Origin: Strigamia acuminata
Taxonomy: Eukaryota
Assembly: GCA_949358305.1 (NCBI GenBank)
Contig: OX442314.1
Coordinates: 22,878,001-22,942,000 of the forward strand
Direction: 5' to 3'
Length of the DNA stretch: 64,000 nucleotides
Shown here one piece after another: positions 10,593 through 23,120 of this stretch (positions are counted from its first letter, which is position 1; each line of letters starts with the position of its first letter). The notes under the pieces are model-generated. The model saw nothing but the letters and a program-made list of their open reading frames with translations. It did not search any database and was not told the DNA's origin. The position numbers were made by a program, and so were the translations under genes.

Positions 10593-12623
10593 ATGGCTAA
10601 TAAAGTGGGTCACTGCTTTTCCCCTACGTCTTTAGACGATTTGAAACGGGTAACTATAATATATCAATTTTCTACAAATTATTTATTAATTATAAAAATG
10701 AAAATAAAATCCAAGATAGTTCAATTAGCCAAGAAAAGGAAGAAGTGTATCAGCATTACAGCGAAGAAAAAAGCAGCTACAAATGAAAAATCAACACAGT
10801 TTGTCGTCAACATGGAACATTTCAATAGAATTGTCGAGGTGAGAACTATAACACGAGCAAATGTGACGATTTCAACTTTTTACAACACATGTTTCAGATT
10901 AATTTGACGGAAAATTGGATAGTAGTCGAAGCCAGTGCCCAAATAAGTGCAATTAAAGCCTATTTGGAGAAAGTGGGACTAGCGCTGTGCATGTAATAAT
11001 AATAATAACAATATATTATGGATAAATGATTTAATTGTGCTCGATTTTTTAGGCCGGGTCTTCCTCATGACAAAGCTGTAGCAGCCGCTTTCAGTTCAGG
11101 ATGTCATTCATCAAATATGAATCAATCACTTATGTCATCGTTCGTAAGTCAAGTGTTTTCAAATTTAAACTTTAAATAAATATTTATTTGATGATATGAT
11201 ACAATTTACAGGTTTCAAGCATCGATATTCTCACTTCAGATAGTAAAATTGTTACTTTAACACCCGAAGATAAAGAATTCCGAGCAACGGCTTGTGGCTT
11301 AGGCGCGTGTGGAATTATTTTACTAATCACGTTGAAATGCGAACCTGCTTATCAATTGAGAACAACTCAGTTTGGTTGTTCCTTTAATAAAGTAAGTTTT
11401 ATAATAGATAATACTAGCTTTAATGCCAGGCGTCGCCCGAAAATTTTATTATTGCGTTTAATAATTTTAATGAAAAACTAAAAAAATGAATATGCTTGGA
11501 AGAAAGAGCAGGCTGGAGTTGGCATCACATTCACATTTGCCGTAATTAGAAATAGAAGAAATTCCAAATTTTTTATACCACAGATTTTAATTAATTAATT
11601 TTATTTTATAAATAATGTTATTTCACCATTTTTTTATATTTTTCTTTTAGTTATTAGGAAATTTGCCTTTTAATCTGAAACGATACACAAATTTGAGCAT
11701 TTCTTGGTGGCCTCACACCAATAATGCAGTTGTGTCTAACACGGAGAAAATGTTTGGAGCACCACGAACATATAAAGTGTGTATAGAAAAAAAATTAGAA
11801 TATTAAAATAAATTTTTTTTATTTAGGAAAAACCACATTTCTTCATGAATTTAAAACACCGGACTGTTGATATTGTTTCAATTCATATCATTAATGTTTT
11901 ATATTGGTTTTGGTAACTTTTTAACTTTATTCGAATTTTATTTTATTTAGTGTTTATTTTTAATAATTTCAGTTTGGTTTCCCCATTTTTTATACCATTG
12001 GTCCATTACCTAAGTTTCTGGTTGCTTTTTATTTGGCAAAAAGTTGAATATTGTTCACCTAATCAAGAAATATCGCAAATAAAATCGTTAAATCGCGCAC
12101 CAAAAACTTGCAAATGGTTTATTCCAATGTAAATATATTTCACGTTTTAAGTTGCATACGCAAAAATAATTACATTTTCCTATTCTTTTTCAATTTTAGA
12201 CAAAAAACAGTTCTAGCATTAAAACTAATTGAAAAATGGTGCGATTCGAGTTGCCATTACCTCAACTATCCAATGCACATCCAGTTTATTAAAAAGGATA
12301 GTGTTTACTTGAGTCCTGCAAATGAATTTGATGTTTGTTGTATATGTATGACCATCAGTCAGCCATATGGGTTTTATTTTCCCTACGAAAAAGCTTTTTC
12401 GGAGTTTGGTGAACTGATGAAAGACATAGGAGGACGGCCGCAATTACATCGAGTAAGTAAATAAAATATCAACTGCTTCTTTAAAAAATTAATTTACACT
12501 CAAATTTAGAATTTGAATGCTAAAAATGAAGATTTAGACGCAATGTTCCCACATTACGAAGAATGGTTTACGTTACGTAACGAATTAGATCCTAATAATA
12601 TATTTGTTAACTGCTTGGAATGA
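10593..12623 (+). CDS. L-gulonolactone oxidase-like (VAO/ALO flavoprotein fold), 10 exons, divergent
   Basis: In-frame spliced product collinear with GULO: SPTSLDDLK, MEHFNRIVE, IVVEASAQI, FSSGCH, GLGACGIILLITLKCEPAYQL, WWPHT, WFIP, GGRP, LRNELDPNNIFVN. Confidence 0.85.
11414..11560 (-). mobile_element. Possible non-autonomous Helitron remnant in a GULO-like intron
   Basis: Minus strand ends with a short GC hairpin (cgggcgacgcctg) followed by CTAG|T; the 5' end is uncertain. Confidence 0.4.
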
Positions 12624-12990
12624 TCTAAACAATTTAAATAAGAAATAATTGATTCAAGGAGCCCAGTGCTATTAAATTTGTGTCAAGTCGAACACTTGGG
12701 AGTTGCACTACCTATAGCCAGGTGCAATTCCACTGACGGGCTGGTGTTCAAACCAGCTCTCCTTGTGCCTTCGTAACCGGCGCGTCTTTCAAACCCGTTT
12801 AATTAAGTTCTAAAAAGCTGGTTCATGACAAATTTGCAAATGTTTTATTCCGATGTAAAAATTTTACATTTAAGTTGCATATGCAAAAATTATTACATTT
12901 TCCTTTTATTTTTCAATTCTAGACAATTTAAATAAAAAATAATTGATTCAATTACCCATAAATATTTATAAAAACATATCTTTTGCATAT

Positions 12991-15357
12991 TTATTGATTA
13001 CAAAAAAACCTATGCACAGGCAGCGCAATCGCACCAGCAACCGCAATTCCAAGCGTATCTGCTAAGGGAACCACAGCCATAGAAAATTTTAATTTGTCTG
13101 CTGGAATCTGAAAATTATTTAATTATAAATAATTAAAAATTATTAAAATTATTATTCAGTTTCATTTCAAGTCTGATATTTTTGCTTACTTCTTGTCTCA
13201 TCTTGTAGTAAGTATTTACGTAAGCAGCGCCGCCTAAAAGACCTTCGAATAGGATTAAAAGAAACACCAGCCAAATGCTTGGAAGGAAACGTGTTTGTAC
13301 TTCAACCAGGAAGACTATTAAATTGATAAACTAAAAAAAAATAGGACTTAATTTTAATCAAATACAATTTAAATCTAATAAAGTGTACTTGTAAAACTGG
13401 TAAAATCCAAAGGGCGTTGATTTTTAAAATATTCACTGATGATCGAGAGATAAAAACACCCAACTGATAATCTACTTGGAACCATCTGTACTGCTCGTTA
13501 TGATTAAGCCAAATATCTTTAAAATATATCAATTCTGTCTAAACGCAAAAAAAATTATAAAAATATAAAAATATACCGGTATATATACATTGATCTCACC
13601 AATCCCTGATTAATAAAATACTCTGCAAAGTAAACTGTCATCAAAGGTAATGCGTAAGGCCATAAAATCTATTTGCGAAACAAAATCAATATCACAAATT
13701 GGGATTAAACAGGTACAATGCAATACCTTTATCATCTTCACTTTTGAAATTATTCCGTTTGAAGATTCGTGTAATGATTCGGCGTTAGTTAGAATGGCTG
13801 ACCCCAAAATTAAGTCAAAAATCACAGTCACAGTTTAAATACTAAAATGCATGCACTAACAAAATCTACTTATTATTACATGTTTCATCTAAAAGAGGTT
13901 TAAGGACACTATCAGCAGACACATCTATCTTTGGATGAATCAATATAAAGTAATAACTGTAAAAAAAATAATTTAAATCAACCAAAAAAAAAATTGTCCC
14001 TAAAAATTCTAAATTCTTAGCTAATTACCTGATAGCCATGACTACAGGAATAACTAACATTATAAGCAATGTGTGACGAGGTGATAATACCTCCGTCATT
14101 CCTGCATATGATAATGCGCCAAATATCCCAGAACCACCAGTTCCCGAAGACCATGAGGAAATAACATTTCTACAAAAAACAATGAAGTGGTGATTGGGTT
14201 TTTTTTAAAATGGTTTTTCAATTGTACTTGTCAAAATACGATGCATAACTTAATAATGTCGTTTCACCCAAACCACTAGACAAACTTGCAGCTACAACAC
14301 CAAAAAAAGCCATCCATGGGGCACGCGATAACGCAACTAAGGCAAAACTTGCAACAGACAGTGCAACAACTACAATTATACGAATTCTAAAATTAGAGAG
14401 GCAAATTAATGACTTATTTGTCACTTTATAGCAGAGACGTAGCAATCGGGGGTGCAACGGGTGCGGTTGACACGGGGCCAACGAGCCTTGGGACCCCACG
14501 GATAAAAAAGAGTATACAAGTGTATATAATGTATATATATAATATACATCTCGCCAAGTACCGAAGATCCTAGCTGCGGCTCTGCTAAAGGGCCTATCAA
14601 CCCAACTTGCTACGCCACTGCTTTATAGCTTATATGTACGGAGTGCTAATGCCAATAAACGGTGCTACGGATTTAACAAATAAAGCAGGTAGAATGTCAG
14701 CCAAAAGAATCGTCTACAATAAATAAAAAACGAAAATAAATAAATAAAATAAGAAATAGGAACATAAATTGCCATTATTTTTGCTTACTCCAGATGATAA
14801 TGGGTTACAATCTCTTGTACTATTGCTGGAAGACTGTAAAAACTTCGTTATTTATTTATTATAGTTTGTTATTTTTATAAAAAAAATATATATATATACA
14901 GTCAAAGCTGCGTAGCCCGGACATAGGACGGGTCCCAGAAAGTTGTCCGGACTAAAAGGCTGTCCGGATGGGAGAGGGGATTTAGTATTGCTGGGAATAG
15001 GTTGGGACCAAATCAGGACCTCCAAAATGTCCGGTCCACACAGCTGTCCGGTCGGTGCTATGTCCGGGCTACGCAGCTTTGACTGTATATGTATATCACT
15101 TTTTGTACCGAAGTGGAAGTTTCATTAGAGAAACCAGCATTTAAGATGTCATGTGCTGCACTCAGCATAATCACGTAGGCGTAATTGTTGCATAATCCAA
15201 GCAACCTAAATCAATTGTAAAATGTATGAGTTTGATGTTTGAAATGATTTACGGTGTTTGAAACCCACCAAAAGCCTGTTAAATTGCGGATTTTTTTGTG
15301 AGGTGGTTCGTGAGCTTGAGGCATTTCGTGAGACTCTATTTCTGATTCTTCTATCAT
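12991..15357 (-). CDS. CLN3: Battenin / CLN3 lysosomal membrane protein, multi-exon
   Basis: [111 protein letters not shown]. Confidence 0.95.
14432..14620. mobile_element. hAT-type MITE in a CLN3 intron
   Basis: TIR CAGAGACGTAGCAA / TTGCTACGCCACTG; perfect 8-bp TSD CTTTATAG. Confidence 0.88.
14899..15085. mobile_element. Tc1/mariner (Tigger-like) MITE in a CLN3 intron
   Basis: 28-bp perfect TIR CAGTCAAAGCTGCGTAGCCCGGACATAG, flanked by TA. Confidence 0.9.
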
Positions 15358-16077
15358 ATTTTCGCCTGATACAAATTTTTATCATTAAGTTTGGTAGCAT
15401 GAAATGTTTTAATTTCAACTTTTTGTAATCTTTAGGCTTGATAAGACAAGTGGTGGCACCTATATTTAAGAAATAAATAAATAAATTTATTTTGAAATAT
15501 TTTATTCGTCATGTAGAAATCAAAAGCTTTGAATTTTATTATCAATTCGGTTTTAATTCGCGTGAGATGAAACAAATTGATTGCATTTTTATTTGGTCAT
15601 GGTCATGCCATAGCGGGAACTACGCCTCGAAATTGAAAGAATGGCGTCAATTCGCTCTAGCCAATGGAAAACAAGGATACGTGTTGTGACGCACTTGATC
15701 GTGTTACATCTTTTGTGATTAGTTCACCCAATCTTATCTTTTATTGGTTGTTTAGATTCACGTGGTATTCAGGTTCAAAATATGGCCGTTTAAACGTTTA
15801 GGTGTCATGTCGTTCTGAAGGGGACCATTTTCATTCATTTTGCAACTAAAGTAATGTTTGCTAGAAATTATTTCGTGTGTATTTCGAATATTGACGCATC
15901 ACTCATGGCTTAAAGCACAATTGTTTGCACTTAGAGAAGAAAATTTCTAGGATATGCCCGTTGTTTAACGCACATGCTGCAGACGAAACACTCAATTTTG
16001 TGCATTTTCATCCCATTTAATTCGTCGTACATTGTGTTCATTCAAATCTAGAAGAACTCTGATTAATTTACGACAGC
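15358..16077. promoter_or_regulatory. Divergent CLN3/CDC14 promoter region
   Basis: Start codons 720 bp apart head-to-head; CACGTG E-box at about 15759. Confidence 0.55.
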
Positions 16078-19000
16078 ATGGAGGATAATAATGACATTGT
16101 CGTTTGCGCTGCGGAAATTATCAAAGGTACAAACGTGTAAATAATCTACGATGTTGACTTAACATCGATTTAATTCGCTCAAAAAAATACATTTTTATTT
16201 ACATTTCAGATCGGTTGAACTTTGCCACACTTCGTACGTCGGCAAAGCCTAAATCCACTCCAAATACTCATTATTTTAGCATTGATCAAGAGCTGGTTTA
16301 TGAAAAGTAATGAATTTTTTTTTTTTTTTTTAAATGAATTTTTTTGACATGTTTTAATTTTTTAACATTTTTTTCATGTGTTTAAAACAGTTTTTATGCG
16401 GATTTTGGTCCCTTGAATTTAGCCATGTTATATCGTTATTGCACAAGATTAAATAAGAAATTAAAGGTGAGAAAAGTTAATTTCTTTGCTTTTCTTTTTT
16501 TCAAGGTGAGCACGTTGTAATAAGCCACCGCCTTCATAAATCGTTGGAAAACTTCCAACAATTTATGATCTAATTAAAAATGTGTTTTAAATGACTTCTG
16601 GAATTCATAAATGTAAGTGAAGCGAGACCACACCTTAATCAGAAAATCAGATTAAAGTTCGACCCTTTTTTATAAAATTAATTTCCGGATTATCTCTACT
16701 TTCTATCGCATTTAATTGTGCACTTAAAAAGTTCGAACAAGACGAAACAAATTTTTTTAAAAGGGAAAACGAGAAACAGGAAGTGAATTTCTGGTGGGGT
16801 CAAGCACCAGAGGCTCTTTAAAACGTGTTTATTTTTTTTTCAACAAATACAAATTCTTTACCGTAAACATGAATTCCATTTATTTGCAAATTTCTTACAA
16901 CTTTTTTTTTCCTTCCATTTTTCAACAGTCGTTTAATTTGGGCAAAAAGAAAATCGTGCATTATACAACAATGGACAGTAAAAAGCGGGTTAATGCTGCA
17001 TTTCTCGTTGCATCATATGCAGTAAGTAATAAATTATTCGCGGCGGAATCGGTTTCATCTATCGGCCAATAAATTCAGGTCAATATGATGTTACTGGTTA
17101 TGTAATTCTGGAGCGGAAATTTATATATTTGTGCTACGAGTGAAAGCAATCGGAGGATAATTTAATGAAAATGCTCCAAATCTTGTCGGAAATAAAAAAA
17201 TATATATGTAGAATTACATAATATATCTTTTTTTGCCGACTCAAAAAAAAAAAAAAAGAGCTGAAATGGGAAATGTAAATATTTTGTTCGCACGCCTAAT
17301 TTGGTTTCGGGTACACAAAAGAACATTTCCTCTAGAGGCACATTTTAATGCGTTTGACATTGGTATGTGCTTAATGTGCCATTTCTAATCATTTTTAAAA
17401 CCTGTTTTTTGAGATCTGATAATTTGTGATTGCGTAATGCAAGTGCCATCCCTCTTTAGGCAAATAAATTTGCATTTTATAATATATTTTCTTGTCTTGG
17501 TAGATAATTTACTTAAAGAAAACACCTACAGAGGTTTATCGGCCACTAATCGGAGACACACACCCTCCTTTTATACCATTTCGGTATTTATAAATTTTTT
17601 TCGAGCTATAATTATTTGTTTAATTAATTTTTTTTCTACTTATTAGCGATGCTTCATTCGGTCCATGTTCTTACAATCTGAATCTTTTGGATTGTTTGAA
17701 CGCTGTGTACAAAGCGATACAAAACAATTTTTTCAATTTCGATGTTTTTGACGTAGAAGAGTACGAATATTATGAGGTGAAATTCAATGATCGTATTAAT
17801 GTTGCTAGATGGGTCGTCTAACCGATTTATTTTCATTTCCATTATACACAGCAAGTTGAAAACGGAGATCTCAACTGGATCATTCCCAATAAATTTTTAG
17901 CTTTTTGTGGACCGCATCCGAAGAGCAAAATCGAAAATGGTATCAAAATAATTTTTTTTTTAAAATGTAAATCAAATTTTTATTTATTTATTTATTTATT
18001 TTGTTTTTAGGTTATCCTCTTCATGCTCCTGAAGCATACATTCCATATTTTAAAAAACACAATGTCACAACGATAGTTCGCCTTAACGAAAAACTATATG
18101 ATGCACAAAGGTTTGTTAACGCGGGTTTCAGCCACAAGGATTTGTTCTTCGTCGACGGTAGTACCCCCAGTGATGCAATCATGAGGCAGTTTTTAGAAAT
18201 CGCAGAGACGTCGAAAGGAGCCATTGCTGTACACTGTAAAGCCGGATTGGGACGTACAGGCACACTTATTGCATGCTACATCATGAAGCATTACCGCTTT
18301 ACAGCGGCTGAATCGATAGCGTGGATACGTGTAACACGTCCGGGTTCTGTAATCGGTTATCAACAACATTGGTTGGAAGAGTAAGTTAGCAATGAAGTTG
18401 ATTCTTTAAAGTGATTTTTTTGAAAATTTTTTTTTTTTAGGAAACAAGCTTATTTGTGGTTGCAAGGAGACGTTTGTCGATCGCAAGTTGGTGTGAAGTC
18501 GATCATTAATAATAATATGGTTACTCGAGGGCAAAGCTCGACACTTCGCGATTCATCATCGAGAGTATCTCGAATTTTAAATAAAGTGGACAGTATAAGA
18601 TTAGATGACTCAAGGACAGCTAATGTAGGATTGATTTTGTCGAGCGGTGGGAAGAGAGTTTGTAATGCTGAGGAAATTATTCAAAATTACGCCCAATTTG
18701 GCCTAAATTGATGGATAAAATGGTTATCTAGGGAACAAAAAATATGAATTAGGCATCTTTATGTGCACAAATATTTTTAAAATGCAGTTTTAGGTGTAAA
18801 ACTGCAATTTTCAATGCAAAAAATATGAAAACTGCATTTTTAGGTGCAAAAATATAATAAAACTGCATTTTAAATGCAAAACAAAAAAATATGCATCTTA
18901 GGTTCAAAGATAAGCCTTTTTAGACCCAAAATGCATTTTTTAGGCACGAAAATGGTTCTTTAGACAAAACAACTACAATAATTTGCACAAGACAGCTCCC

Positions 19001-20958
19001 TCAGTTGCCACACCCTTGCCCCACCCTGGGTTTATCATTTGTTATTATTTAATTCACCTCAATGATTTATTTAGGGAAGCGACACAAATGCCAACGTTGA
19101 AGACGGTAATATATCGCAAGGCGATCGACTGAATCAAATCAAAGCCATGAGAAAACATCCTAGATCGGCCACGAGTGGTACTCTTAGCATGTAAGCAAAT
19201 AACACTTTTGAAAATTATCAAAAATCGCGCCTAATATTGCCATCATTAGACCCGACGGCACGAAAGAAGTACTCCACATGCGCACTAAGACGCAACCGTT
19301 TCGCTCGACGAGTTCCAGCCACACCACATCACCCCTCAAGTCAAAATTTAAGATTCAAACTACACCTGCTATTATCCGACCACCTCCGAAAAGCGTAAAC
19401 GATATGACATCATCACCGTCGGTTTCAAAGAGGTTTGTACGTTGTGTCGGAAATGTCGGCATCGTTTGAATGTGCTTAATTTGTTTAGAACGCTTAGAAC
19501 TAACTGGTTCTTGGATAAACCTTCGTCAACCTCTTTGTGTTACGTTTCTGGACGGGATATTAACGATGTGAAATCTAGTTCTAGGGTGATTAATTCATCT
19601 TCCTCTTCTACTAACTATCATTTTCGGTCTAATACTGATCTAACTACTCATCCTACCACTTCATCTTTGTCTACTTGTGTTAGTATATGGGCACCACAGT
19701 AAGTCGTGGAAGTTTAGTTCGAGTTGTGTGTGCAGAGACGCAACCAGAAATTAATTTAATTGTTCGGATGCAATTTTGCAAGAAAGTTTAGTTTAGAGTC
19801 AGTGGACATTTTGTATTTCTCCGAAATCAATAGATCGAGTTCAGAAATGCATTTATTAGGCTAGTTTTTACTTTTTAGGAAGATGAATGACTATCGCCAA
19901 TAAAAAATAGGCTTTTTAGATTTTGACTAAAAATAGACCAATTTAGACAAAAAAAAAGACTTTTTATTCAATAGTAGACCATTTCAGACGGATATTTTAG
20001 ATTTTTACTCAATAATAGACTATTTCAGAGACAGATATTTTAGATTTTTACTCAATAGTAGACCATTTCAGGCAGATATTTTTGATTTCTACTCAAAATA
20101 GACCATTTCACACAGAAATTGTAGTTTTTGACTCGAAATAGACCAATTTAGACATAAATATAACATTTTAGACATAAAATAGACCAATTTAGACATAAAT
20201 ATAACATTTTAGACATAAAATAGACCAATTTAGACATAAATATAACATTTTAGACATAAAATAGACCAATTTAGACATAAATATAACATTTTAGACATAA
20301 AATAGACTAATTTAGACATAAATATAACATTTTAGACATAAATATAACATTTTAGACATAAAATATAACATTTTAGACATAAATATAACATTTTAGACAT
20401 AAAATAGACCAATTTAGACATAAATATAACATTTTAGATATAAAATAGACTAATTTAGACATAAATATAACATTTTAGACATAAATATAACATTTTAGAC
20501 ATAAAATATAACATTTTAGACATAAAATATAACATTTTAGACATAAAATATAACATTTTAGACATAAAATAGACCATTTTAGACATAAAATAGACCATTT
20601 TAGACAAAAAAAATGAACTTTTTACTCAATAATAGACCATTTCAGGGACAGATATTTTAGATTTTTACTCAAAAACAGACCATTTCACACAGAATTTGTA
20701 GTTTTTGACTCAAAATAGACCATTTTAGACAAAATTTTACATGTTTTTTTAATCTGAAAATGAAATTTTCTGGCAAAAATGCACCCCCAACAACCCTGGT
20801 TGCGTTACTGATCATTTGTAAAAATGTTATTTCTCTTCAATTTTTGTTTGCTTTTTTATTCGCATTCTTACTAATTGTTTATTCTTTTTAGTACTCGGGC
20901 AAGTGATGGCACCACTTCGGTGTTCAAACGTGCTACTCGGGCATCCATGTTAAGATGA
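16078..20958 (+). CDS. CDC14: CDC14 dual-specificity phosphatase with alternative last exons (stop at 19702 or 20958)
   Basis: [57 protein letters not shown], catalytic [31 protein letters not shown]. Confidence 0.96.
19920..20735. repeat. Intronic minisatellite (core about 20140-20605) of 21-22-bp units
   Basis: About 20 tandem units of tagacataaa(a)tataacattt / tagacataaaatagaccaatt with degenerate flanks. Confidence 0.9.
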
Positions 20959-23120
20959 CTAAACCCTCAACCCACCAGTTGTCCACGCCCTAAAAAATAC
21001 AATCGATTTATTGAAAAATCCAAACCAACCCTTTTGGAGAAGCAAGAGAATGTCGTTTGTAAAATAACCACCAGTAAGAAAAGTCTGCGCTCTCAACGTC
21101 ATCCCAGTACGCCCGTTACTAGTAATGTTGGCAGCAAAAGACTTGGCGTTGAGGTGATAGCCGGCAAAAAAATGATTTTACAATCGCGTGTTATAAATTC
21201 AAGATACATGTTGCGGAATCTTGACAAGGAAAAATCCTTTCATAATAAAAGCAATATTTGTGAAAAATATAATTAAATGGGATTTGGGTGGCGTTATTTT
21301 TGTAAAACAAAAAATGATAAAGAAACAGTGCTTTCGTGTAATTTTAATAGAAAAACAAAACAAAACAAAAGAAGAAAAAAGTAGAAGTAAACATTGGTAA
21401 TGAAGTGGTTTGAAGAAATGGTGGGTTTTGATTGTCCATGTCATTCTGTAATGGGGTGAAATGAGGAAACTTACTACTAATGTCATGTTACTTCTTCCAC
21501 AAATTTTTAGTAAATATTTCCTGTGTAAATAGTTTTAAAAATATTAAAATTGGATTTTTTGGGCTACGTTTTGTAGCACCGACAAGAAAATGAATACAAA
21601 AAAATAATATAAGTTGTATAATCTGGTTTAGTGAAATTATTATGACTTATTTTTTTAAATAATAACTTTTTTTAGGAATGTACTTAAGTTTTAAACCTAA
21701 ATTTTTGGTATATATAGTTGTTTGTTCTTTAAGTTGGATTTTTATTATTCATCATGCTTGAGCAAAATTTTTAAATTTGTAATTCTAACGTTAGAAAGAA
21801 GAAAAAAAAATGTTTAAAGAACTGTGTATAAAAATTCCAAGTTTTATTTGTGTATAAAAATAAAGAAATAATCTGTTCTCTTTTTAGAATTTAGAGTATT
21901 TTCCACATGTAGAACCCTATGTTATTAAAATTTTATAGTTGCATTATGAATTGCCATGAATTTAAATTCAACACGATCATTTATTCACATCGAGTAAATA
22001 CGTTTGCGACGTCATTCAAAGTAAACAACATAAATTCCTAAAGGAATTTTACATAAACAACAATTTGAATGATTTTTAATAATTAAATTCTGCTCGATAA
22101 CTCGTTTAATTCGTCCAAAACTATCGATTTTCGTAATTACATCCGTTGTTTATTCTCCAAAATAATCACAAACTAAAATTTTAACAATTCACACTAGAGT
22201 TCCCTCAATAAGGAAGTGACGTTATATGCGCAAATTTATTGCGCAGTAGGTTAGATTTTGTCAAGTTAATATAGTAACTGCTGGAGATTCCATAATTTCT
22301 TTCCAGGTAATGTAAAACCACATTTTGAATCACTTTATTTATTATAACCCGCTAATTTAACAAGCGAATCAATCGACCTACGATTAAAAGTGATTCCCAA
22401 TAAGCACGGCGAACCGTGGAATGAAATATTTAACCTACAAGTAATGTTATTCCAAAGGAATTCACATTTGACATGAAAACGTAGGCCTACATTCATCTTT
22501 TTTTTTCACCCACTTACTTTCATTTTAGATTTTTATTATAAACGCTTAAATAAATAACGATAACCGACTTTGAAATTCTCCGTTCGATGCGAACATTGAG
22601 CGATAAGAGTTGCAAACGGTTGGGAAAAACGAAATAAGAAAATGGCATTTTTGCAAACCCCACCGAGTTTGTTTTGCGCTTATCGCTTTTCATTCGTTTT
22701 TCAATAAATGTTGTGTAATTTTTTTTTATGTTGAGTATTTCAAATAGCGAGAGGAAATGGAGTAGAAAGAGAGAAAAAAAAGTGTCCTTAGGGAGTGCGT
22801 CATTTTTATTTGAACGTATTGCATTTTGTGAAACAGCTGATCAGTAAGGCAGCTGTTAGTTGCAAAAATCTAAATATTTAATAAATTATCGTGTATTGAG
22901 AGCTGGAATCGAAATTGTGATGATTTTGTGACAATAAAATGTGGAAATGTACAGTTTTACGTCGACTAATTAATCCTTTTTTATTAATTATTGTTTTTTT
23001 TTTTCTCTTTTCTTTCTAATTGGTATTTTGCAGCTTGGTCTTGTAGTGTTGTGCTTTTAATAAGCTGAGAAATTGTTACACAAAAATAACTAGAAAAAGA
23101 AGTAAAGAAAATTAATGAAA

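Noticed and set aside
12731..12760. Hammerhead ribozyme or tRNA-Sec
   Set aside because: CTGACGG is not followed by the GAAA core, and there is no tRNA cloverleaf around TTCAAA.
20140..20605. CRISPR-like array
   Set aside because: No unique spacers, eukaryotic intron; a minisatellite. The same applies to 62566-62925 and the subrepeats in 4671-4991.
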